A stretch of DNA of 32,684 nucleotides from a virus (Duplodnaviria > Caudoviricetes). Positions 26,963-32,684 of this stretch are shown here, piece after piece; the stretch's first letter is position 1; every line of letters begins with the position of its first letter. The stretch lies in the IMG/VR virus record IMGVR_UViG_3300049859_000106, positions 1 to 32,684 of that record. One strand, given 5' to 3'. The position numbers were made by a program, and so were the translations under genes. The notes beneath the pieces were generated by a model that worked only from the letters and a program-made list of their open reading frames with translations, was not told the origin of the DNA and did not search any database.

Positions 26963-27567
26963 CCGCGGTCGCCGTCCAGACCTGGGCGCCCGCTTGCATG
27001 GAGCCAGACGAGCTCGCGGCGTGGCAGGAGGCGAACGGGCGCCTGGTGGGCAGGTCGGGCTTGCGTCGTGAGGATCGCCCCTGCGCCGACTGCCCGCTCG
27101 GGTACTCGCTCGAGATGCGCGCCCAGGGGCGCTGTAACGGGACGCCCGCGGGCGTCGAGGAGGACATCGAAGTGGACGCTCCCGAAACCCCGACCCCCCC
27201 CCGCAGCCTGCCGGTCGCTCGCCGCGTCGCGCTCGACGTGGCCGCCCCGCCGTGCGAGTCGTGCGCCCACGAGCCCGTCTGCGGGCTGCGGGCGGCGCTC
27301 GAGGGGATCGCTGACGTGGAGACGACGGCACCCGCGCTGCCGGCCGGGCTGAGCCTCACCCTCAACGCGGTCGTCAGCTGCGGCCACTTCCTGCGCGATC
27401 GGGCGAGGCCAGCGCCAGTGCGCGTCCTGACGCCGGAGCAGCGCGGCCAGGCCAACAGTGTCGGCGTTGGCCGACGCGCACCACGCCAGATCAGCGACGC
27501 GACGCGCGAGAAGATGCGGGCCTCGGCGATCGCCGCCCGGGCCCGGAAGGCCGCGGCCGAGGCGTGA
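26959..27567 (+). CDS. Four-Cys domain protein, paralogue B, with second Cys cluster and NUMOD3-like basic tail
   Basis: PACMEPDELAAWQEAN...PCADC...RCNGTP; CESCAHEPVC; ISDATREKMRAS. Confidence 0.7.
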   Translation: MTAVAVQTWAPACMEPDELAAWQEANGRLVGRSGLRREDRPCADCPLGYSLEMRAQGRCNGTPAGVEEDIEVDAPETPTPPRSLPVARRVALDVAAPPCESCAHEPVCGLRAALEGIADVETTAPALPAGLSLTLNAVVSCGHFLRDRARPAPVRVLTPEQRGQANSVGVGRRAPRQISDATREKMRASAIAARARKAAAEA

Positions 27568-27722
27568 CGATCGTCCTCTGCCCCTGTCGCTGCCAGCGCT
27601 GCGGCGCGCTCGTCGTCTGGACGGGCCGCGACTGGCGGACGATGCCCGAGCACAGTCGACTCCCCGAGGAGATCGCGTCGCAGCCACACCGCTGCCGGCA
27701 GCGTCGAGAGGAGGCGGCGTGA
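27564..27722 (+). CDS. Small Zn-finger-like protein (52 aa)
   Basis: Own translation MTIVLCPCRCQRCGALVVW...PHRCRQRREEAA; GTGA overlaps at both ends. Confidence 0.6.
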   Translation: MTIVLCPCRCQRCGALVVWTGRDWRTMPEHSRLPEEIASQPHRCRQRREEAA

Positions 27723-28279
27723 GTCGCGACGACGGTTTCCCGGTGGCCGACGTCAGCGTCGCACTGTACGACGACGACAAGGTCAAGCGGCTGTACCGCG
27801 AGCTGGGCGGCGACCTCGGCCGGATGGGCCACGCGATGATGCTCTGCGAGGTGACGCTGCTGGCGTCCTGGCGCGACGGGCGGCGCCTGACGGTCCACCA
27901 GGCCGCGCCGCTGTGGCTCACCGTCGACGACGAGCTCGTGTCGACGCTGGTGCGCGTCGGACTGCTCGATCGAGCGTTTCGAAGGCCGATTCGGTCGTGG
28001 AATGCGTGGTTTGGACCCGCGTTTGAGCGTAGAGAGAAACGCCGCCGGTCCGGGGCGCTCGGCGGCCGGCCGCCCAGGAATCCGCCGTCTGAGCACAAAG
28101 AACCATTTGCTAACCATCCGGATATCAACCGTAAACCCCGACCGACCGTCCGTCCGTCCGCCCGTCCGCCGGGCGCGCGTGCGCGCGAGGCTGCGCCGTC
28201 AAACGACGGCGCGAACAACGGACGGGTGGGGTCGCTGGCCGAAACCATGGCCGCCATGGGACTGAAGGTGGAGCGGTGA
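27719..28279 (+). CDS. Putative replication initiator protein
   Basis: GAGGAGG RBS; LYDDDKV N-terminal motif, LVRVGLL, REKRRRSGALGG, then low-complexity repeat region; directly upstream of RusA. Confidence 0.6.
   Translation: MSRDDGFPVADVSVALYDDDKVKRLYRELGGDLGRMGHAMMLCEVTLLASWRDGRRLTVHQAAPLWLTVDDELVSTLVRVGLLDRAFRRPIRSWNAWFGPAFERREKRRRSGALGGRPPRNPPSEHKEPFANHPDINRKPRPTVRPSARPPGARAREAAPSNDGANNGRVGSLAETMAAMGLKVER
28096..28169. other. Candidate replication origin (iteron-like repeats inside the initiator gene)
   Basis: Locally AT-rich; AACCAT at 28101 and 28112, AACCGT at 28127; eight CCGN tetramers at 28138-28169. Confidence 0.45.
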
Positions 28280-28725
28280 CCCTCGCCTTTACCGTCCCCG
28301 GCATCCCCGTCCCCCAGGGCAGCATGAGGGCGTTCGTCCGTGGCAACCGCGCCGCCCTCACCAGCGACAACCCGCGGTTGCGGTCCTGGCGCCGCGACGT
28401 GACGGTGAGCGCGGTCGAGGCGCACGGCTGGCGCGACCCGATGGCGGGGGCGATCGAGATTGTCCTGACCTTCGCCCTGCCTCGCCCGAAGTCGCACTAT
28501 GGGAAGCACGGCCTCCTGCCCTCGGCTCCGGCCCACCCCACCGGGCGCCCCGACCTGGACAAGCTCGAGCGCGGGATCCTCGACGCCCTGACCGCGGCCG
28601 GGGTGTGGATCGACGACGCCCAGGTCGTGGCGATCGCGGGATCCAAGCACTGGGCCACCCCGCTCATGCCCCCAGGCTGCATCGTCGCGGTCGGCGAGGT
28701 TGATGCGGCAGGGGATGCGGCGTGA
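28276..28725 (+). CDS. rusA: RusA-family Holliday junction resolvase
   Basis: VPGIPVPQGSMR, RPDLDKLERGILDALT...WIDDAQVV. Confidence 0.92.
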   Translation: MTLAFTVPGIPVPQGSMRAFVRGNRAALTSDNPRLRSWRRDVTVSAVEAHGWRDPMAGAIEIVLTFALPRPKSHYGKHGLLPSAPAHPTGRPDLDKLERGILDALTAAGVWIDDAQVVAIAGSKHWATPLMPPGCIVAVGEVDAAGDAA

Positions 28726-29369
28726 GGCGTGAGCTCGCGACATGGCTGCTCCTCTGGACGCTGATCTCCTCCGCCGTCGCCGCGGGGATCGTGGCCGGAG
28801 CCCTCATCGTCCTTGCCATCCACCCGGGCGCCGTCGCGGCCTCCCGGCCCGCCCAGCAAGCCGACTCGCCGCAACTCCCCGGCGAGATGACGACGGAGCG
28901 GACTCATGTCCCGCTGCCGTCGCCGGACTTCGCTGGGCGGACCGGGCAGCCGGACAGTCACCCCGGCGCCTCGACGGCCAGCCCGGTACCTGGCCGGATC
29001 ACACCTCAGCCGGCGATCGGGATGCGGCCCGCGCCGACTGAGGAGCCCCGCACCGCGGCAATCCTGCGGGGCCTCGCTTCCTGGTACGACGCACCCGCCG
29101 GAGGGGCTGCTGCCGGCCCGGACCTGAGAGCGGCCTTGGGTCCGGGCTGGCGCGGCCAGAGCGTCGTCGTCACGCGCAGCGACGAGGGCGCCGCCGTCGT
29201 GGTCAGGCTGACCGACTGGTGCGCGTGCGGCGACCGCGGCGGCGTGCCGACCCTGATCGACTTGCCCCGCGCCGACTTTGCGGTGCTCGCCCTGCCGTCC
29301 GCCGGCATCGTCCGCGTCACCGTCGCGCCCATCCCCGCTCCGCCCGTGACATCGAGGGAGACGCCATGA
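28722..29369 (+). CDS. Membrane-anchored RlpA/expansin-like double-psi beta-barrel protein
   Basis: N-terminal TM, Pro-rich linker, GLASWY...VVVRLTDWC...LIDL...F..LA...GIVRVTV. Confidence 0.75.
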   Translation: MRRELATWLLLWTLISSAVAAGIVAGALIVLAIHPGAVAASRPAQQADSPQLPGEMTTERTHVPLPSPDFAGRTGQPDSHPGASTASPVPGRITPQPAIGMRPAPTEEPRTAAILRGLASWYDAPAGGAAAGPDLRAALGPGWRGQSVVVTRSDEGAAVVVRLTDWCACGDRGGVPTLIDLPRADFAVLALPSAGIVRVTVAPIPAPPVTSRETP

Positions 29370-29878
29370 CCGATCCCAGCATCGCCGCGCTGGCCGAGGC
29401 GCTGTCTCGCACGTCAGAAGCGGGACCGCAGGGAATGGCAACGTGGCCCGAACGCTGGGCAGATGCCCTGTTGGCCGACCCCGAGTTCATCGCCATCTTC
29501 GCGGATGAGCGGTTCGCTGCATGGCAGAAGGGACTCGCCACCCGCATCGAGGAGTATGACTCCACCATCGCCAGCCTCCGCGCCGCAGCGGACGGTATCC
29601 CGCTCCTGCTCGCGGACATCACCGAGCGAGACGCCGAGATCGCCCGCCTCCGCGAACAGAATTACGGCCTGTACGCGGCAGTTCAGATGGGAGCGAACGA
29701 ACAGGACCGCCTCCGCGCCGAACTGGACGCCGTGAAGATGGCGCGTGATGCCTACGCCACGGCGGGCCGCAAGATCGAGGAGGCAGCGCGGGCGCATATC
29801 GCGTGGGTGTACCGGATGCGGGGAGCGCCCCGCTTCACGATGACGAACCTCCGCGCCGCGCTGGGAGAGGGGTCATGA
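29366..29878 (+). CDS. Hypothetical coiled-coil protein
   Basis: GAGGGAG RBS, ATGA coupling; DAEIARLRE, EQDRLRAELD, LRAALG. Confidence 0.7.
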   Translation: MTDPSIAALAEALSRTSEAGPQGMATWPERWADALLADPEFIAIFADERFAAWQKGLATRIEEYDSTIASLRAAADGIPLLLADITERDAEIARLREQNYGLYAAVQMGANEQDRLRAELDAVKMARDAYATAGRKIEEAARAHIAWVYRMRGAPRFTMTNLRAALGEGS

Positions 29879-29976
29879 TCTGCGGCTACCCCGACTGGTA
29901 CCTCGTGTTCGGGGCCATCGTCATGGTCATCGTCGTCGCGATCCTCGCGGTGTCGACATGGAGGAATGGGCGATGA
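29875..29976 (+). CDS. 33-aa single-TM protein
   Basis: Own translation MICGYPDWYLVFGAIVMVIVVAILAVSTWRNGR; ATGA overlaps at both ends. Confidence 0.6.
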   Translation: MICGYPDWYLVFGAIVMVIVVAILAVSTWRNGR

Positions 29977-30185
29977 GCCGCGCCATCGCCGCCTACCTCG
30001 GCGCCGCAGTCGTCATCGCCTGGGCCGTCCTCACGGCCATCGCCTACCTCCGCCGCGAGCGCCCCGTCCCGGCGCAGCCACCCGAGCAGCCGTGGGACAT
30101 CCCGCCGTGGGACTACCCGACGACGGTGACGACGGCCGGGGGCTCGGTGACGGTCGTCGACTGGCGCTCGGTGCGGTTGCACTAG
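29973..30185 (+). CDS. Single-TM protein (70 aa)
   Basis: GGAGGA RBS; hydrophobic N-terminus and Pro/Trp-rich tail. Confidence 0.65.
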   Translation: MSRAIAAYLGAAVVIAWAVLTAIAYLRRERPVPAQPPEQPWDIPPWDYPTTVTTAGGSVTVVDWRSVRLH

Positions 30186-30195
30186 ACCCTGCGGA

Positions 30196-30223
30196 TTGGC
30201 ACCTTGCGCGGCGCGTGTACGCT
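30196..30223 (+). promoter_or_regulatory. Candidate promoter TTGGCA-N16-TACGCT
   Basis: Sits in the first intergenic gap after the long coupled gene run; -10 fits TANNNT. Confidence 0.4.
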
Positions 30224-30255
30224 TACCGCGTGGCGCCCTCCCTCGCCCTCGTCTG

Positions 30256-30284
30256 GATCGCCCGCCCCAACCCGGCGGGCGATC
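30256..30284 (+). terminator. Perfect 11-bp hairpin with C-rich loop (terminator or regulatory leader)
   Basis: GATCGCCCGCC-ccaaccc-GGCGGGCGATC; intergenic; no U-tract. Confidence 0.45.
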
Positions 30285-30297
30285 GGCGACTCCGTGG

Positions 30298-30615
30298 ATG
30301 ACAGATCACATGCCGGATCTCGGCGGCACCACCACCGAACGCCTCGGCAGGCTCGAGGACAAGCTGGACATGATCTCGTCCGAGATGGGCGAGCTCCGCG
30401 ATCACGTCAACGGGCTGCAACAGGCCGAAGATCGGCGCTTCACGGATCGCCTCTTGCCTGACCGAGTCCGGGCGCTGGAGGACCAGATGCTCCAGACGCG
30501 GGTCTATCTCTCCCAGGCGAAATGGGCCGTCGCGGTCGCGGCCGGGGCCCTCCTGGCCGGCCTGGTCAACATGGGCCTCACGCTCCTGATCCTCTCGGCG
30601 GGGCACGGGACGTGA
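30298..30615 (+). CDS. Coiled-coil protein with C-terminal TM (possible lysis accessory)
   Basis: RLGRLEDKLD, RVRALED, WAVAVAAGALLAGLVNMGLTLLIL; start uncertain (30298 or 30310). Confidence 0.65.
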   Translation: MTDHMPDLGGTTTERLGRLEDKLDMISSEMGELRDHVNGLQQAEDRRFTDRLLPDRVRALEDQMLQTRVYLSQAKWAVAVAAGALLAGLVNMGLTLLILSAGHGT

Positions 30616-30965
30616 TGGCCGCGGGGCGCACACTCCTCCCCGATCACGTCGACACGTTCCTGCGGGCGATCGTCAAGCCGGAACAGCCGGTCGGCGTCCG
30701 CGAGGTGGCACTCCTGCTCGGGGTCCACCCGAACACCGTCAAGCGGATCGCCCCCGACGAGCTTTCGTACTTCACCGTCGGTGCCCGCGGCGATCGCCGC
30801 TACCAGCGTGACGACGTGCGGGCCTACATCTACGCCCGGCGCAATGAACCGATGGAGCGTCGCCCCTCCCCCAATCGAGGGGGTCGGTCGGAAGGTTCTG
30901 GTCAGCCCGAAGGACCCGTAATGGGTGGCGCTCCATCGGACAAGGAAGGGAGCCACAGCCGATGA
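30615..30965 (+). CDS. BldC/excisionase-like (MerR-type) HTH protein
   Basis: VREVALLLGVHPNTVKR...GARGDRRYQRDDVRAYI. Confidence 0.82.
   Translation: MAAGRTLLPDHVDTFLRAIVKPEQPVGVREVALLLGVHPNTVKRIAPDELSYFTVGARGDRRYQRDDVRAYIYARRNEPMERRPSPNRGGRSEGSGQPEGPVMGGAPSDKEGSHSR
30849..30939 (+). ncRNA. Candidate structured RNA element (17-bp closing stem with inner helices)
   Basis: CCGATGGAGCGTCGCCC pairs with GGGTGGCGCTCCATCGG, both deviations being G-U on the + strand; family not recognised. Confidence 0.4.
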
Positions 30966-31054
30966 CCGATAGCGTCCGAGCTTTCGCGCTGGGCGGCCTC
31001 TGGGTGCTGCTCTGGGGCGGCCTGGCCGTCGTCTTCGCGAGGATCATCCAGTGA
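30962..31054 (+). CDS. 30-aa single-TM protein
   Basis: AAGGAAGGGAG RBS; MTDSVRAFALGGLWVLLWGGLAVVFARIIQ; ATGA and GTGA overlaps. Confidence 0.6.
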   Translation: MTDSVRAFALGGLWVLLWGGLAVVFARIIQ

Positions 31055-31761
31055 CCGAGTTCAGCCTGGGCGCCATCCCCAGCCCGCCCGATGCGCGGGA
31101 CTACCCGCTGTCCCGAGCTCCGCGCTACGCCGAAGCACCCACGGCGTTCCCGGCGGCCTACAGCCTGCCGCCGCTCGTCCCGCTGGCCCTGAACCAGATG
31201 AACGATCCCGTCGCCGGCGGCTGCGTCCCGTTCAGCACCACGACCATTAAGCAGTACCAGGAGCGGCAGCAGACCGGCAAGTGGTTCTATGACGACGCCT
31301 CGGCCATTCGCCTGCATGGGCGCTGCAAGCAGCTCGACGGCATCCCCGGCGTGGAGGGCACGTTCCCCCGCGTGGCGCTGCAGATCGCCAAGGATGAGGG
31401 GATCCGGGCGACGAACGGGCGCAGCTACCTGATCGCCTCGTACTACACCCTCGCGGACGACCCGCTGGACAACATCAAGCGGACGCTCACGTTCTACGGG
31501 CGCCCCGTCCTGCTCGCGACGGCCTGGTACTCGAACTGGTTCGGCCTCGGGCGCAACTACACGATCAAGCCGCCCAACGGGCAAGTCGTCGGCGGGCACC
31601 AGTACATGGTCTACGGCTACGCCGTGCAGCCCAGCGGCGCGACCCATCTGCGGTGCGTCAACTCGTGGGGCACGGGCTGGGGCAGCAAGGGCCGGTTCTA
31701 CATGCCGTGGCCGTACATCGAGGGCCAGGCGTGGGACATCTGGGCCACGATCGACAGGTAG
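31051..31761 (+). CDS. Papain-like C1-family cysteine peptidase (putative lysin)
   Basis: PDARDY, NQ...GGCVPFS (Gln/Cys), GGHQYMVYGY (His), VNSWGTGWGSKGRFYMPW (Asn). Confidence 0.88.
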   Translation: MTEFSLGAIPSPPDARDYPLSRAPRYAEAPTAFPAAYSLPPLVPLALNQMNDPVAGGCVPFSTTTIKQYQERQQTGKWFYDDASAIRLHGRCKQLDGIPGVEGTFPRVALQIAKDEGIRATNGRSYLIASYYTLADDPLDNIKRTLTFYGRPVLLATAWYSNWFGLGRNYTIKPPNGQVVGGHQYMVYGYAVQPSGATHLRCVNSWGTGWGSKGRFYMPWPYIEGQAWDIWATIDR

Positions 31762-31764
31762 GAG

Positions 31765-32001
31765 ATGGACATGAAAGCGGATGACGTGAAGCTCTGGTTC
31801 ACCTACGGGCTGGCGACCGTCATCATCGTCGGCGGGGGCGCGATGCTCTTCGTCTCGCGCAATGAGGCCAACTCAGACTTCTCTCTGCTGATCGCGGGCT
31901 TCATCGGCGCCGCCATCGGCTTCGTGTTCAATCGCGAGAGCGCCACCCAAGCCACCCGCGCAGCCGAGCGCATGGCGACGACCGCGGGAGGAACCCCGTG
32001 A
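31765..32001 (+). CDS. Putative holin (two TM helices)
   Basis: Two hydrophobic segments ending GAAIGFVF, hydrophilic tail, adjacent to the peptidase; Met1/Met3 starts. Confidence 0.65.
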   Translation: MDMKADDVKLWFTYGLATVIIVGGGAMLFVSRNEANSDFSLLIAGFIGAAIGFVFNRESATQATRAAERMATTAGGTP

Positions 32002-32090
32002 ACGCGCCCAACTGGCTCTGGTTCTTGGTCGCCCTGCTCGTTATTCTCGCCGTCCTGTTCCTGCTCGGGATCAGGGTGAACATCGGATGA
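31998..32090 (+). CDS. 30-aa single-TM protein
   Basis: Own translation MNAPNWLWFLVALLVILAVLFLLGIRVNIG; GGAGGA RBS, GTGA and ATGA overlaps. Confidence 0.6.
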   Translation: MNAPNWLWFLVALLVILAVLFLLGIRVNIG

Positions 32091-32185
32091 AGCGCACCTG
32101 TCGCTGCCTGGGCTGCTCACACTGCAAGACGTGGCATCGCCCTGCGTGCAAGGTGGCGGGCTGCGGCTGCGAGGTGTTCATGTGA
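32087..32185 (+). CDS. 32-aa Cys-rich peptide
   Basis: Own translation MKRTCRCLGCSHCKTWHRPACKVAGCGCEVFM (7 Cys); coupled at both ends. Confidence 0.5.
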   Translation: MKRTCRCLGCSHCKTWHRPACKVAGCGCEVFM

Positions 32186-32427
32186 AGCGGCCCTGCCTCG
32201 GCGAGATCGTCCTGACCCGCGACAAGTCGTCGGGCCACGTCCACAAGCGCATCCGTGCGGGCAGCGGCCTCGCCACGCTCGAAGGTGACAACCTCGACGA
32301 GACAGGTGCCTACGAGGTGCTCGATACGCTGGCAGACGTGGATCCTGCCGACCTCTGCCAGCGGTGCTTCGACGAATCGAGCACGTATCGGGCAACCGCA
32401 GAGACCGGGGATCGCCTCATGCTGTGA
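32182..32427 (+). CDS. Hypothetical protein (81 aa)
   Basis: GAGGTG RBS, GTGA coupling; GHVH...LCQRCF. Confidence 0.6.
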   Translation: MKRPCLGEIVLTRDKSSGHVHKRIRAGSGLATLEGDNLDETGAYEVLDTLADVDPADLCQRCFDESSTYRATAETGDRLML

Positions 32428-32684
32428 GCGTACCTGTCGACTGCCTCGACCATGGCCCAGGCTGCACGGGTCGCGCGATGGGCGGGCGCTCTCGGTGTGC
32501 TGTGTGCGATAGGGGCAAGCAACGCAAGCGCAACGCCAAGCCCACGCGCCGCGCGCTGTACGGAGGGCCGTGGCCTTCGCAGTCACGGGCCATCCGTCGT
32601 GCCAACCCGTGGTGCCTCGTGTGTGGGTCATCACGGGATCTGACAGTGGACCATCCCACACTCGACGTGTTGTGCAGGATGCAC
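32424..32684 (+). CDS. Packaging-associated HNH nuclease (HK97 gp74-like), truncated by window end
   Basis: Own translation ...YGGPWPSQSRAIRRANPWCLVCGSSRDLTVDHPTLDVLCRMH; open to the last base; absent from the ORF track. Confidence 0.75.
   Translation, partial: MSVPVDCLDHGPGCTGRAMGGRSRCAVCDRGKQRKRNAKPTRRALYGGPWPSQSRAIRRANPWCLVCGSSRDLTVDHPTLDVLCRMH

Noticed and set aside
11837-30937. Identical 12-mer TGGCGCTCCATC in the frameshift hairpin (11837) and the 30849 structure (30926), hinting at trans regulation
   Set aside because: Dozens of 12-mer matches are expected by chance in a 33-kb GC-rich sequence; no other support
30849-30939. tRNA, SRP RNA or hammerhead identity for the structured element
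   Set aside because: No T-loop GTTCRA, no SRP helix-8 motif, no CTGANGA/GAAA core
574-31647. Long minus-strand ORFs (for example 6176-8443, 4594-6129, 26848-28743)
   Set aside because: Antisense shadows of GC3-rich + strand genes; Arg/Gly/Val-rich, no motifs, fully overlapping well-supported genes
1-32684. Alternative genetic code or stop-codon recoding
   Set aside because: Core genes are intact in code 11 and TGA, TAG and TAA all act as stops at sensible gene ends

Overview
High-GC (about 70% by eye) tailed phage with siphovirus architecture and an HK97-type head, probably a near-complete genome of about 33 kb cut between the packaging HNH nuclease (runs off the right end) and the large terminase. 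All supportable genes are on the + strand, mostly coupled by ATGA/GTGA overlaps. Order: terminase, stand-alone LuxR HTH, portal, a four-gene collagen/repeat-fibre insert, fused protease-capsid, decoration-like protein, HTH, head-tail and tail genes (with a clear -1 frameshift signal), tape measure, three tail tip/receptor proteins (to 18.7 kb). A strong, apparently leaderless promoter then precedes a Cro-like gene, PD-(D/E)XK nuclease, EndoVII, phiC31-gp3-like protein, two HNHs, a helicase plus DNA methyltransferase cassette bounded by a duplication, replication initiator with candidate origin, RusA, an RlpA-like protein, many tiny membrane proteins, a BldC/Xis-like HTH, and a lysis-position cassette with a papain-family peptidase and holin. 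I found no integrase, cI-type repressor, small terminase, canonical endolysin, tRNA or CRISPR array. Host is uncertain: Actinomycetota or high-GC Chloroflexota by inference only. Family calls come from motif recognition by eye, not database searches.
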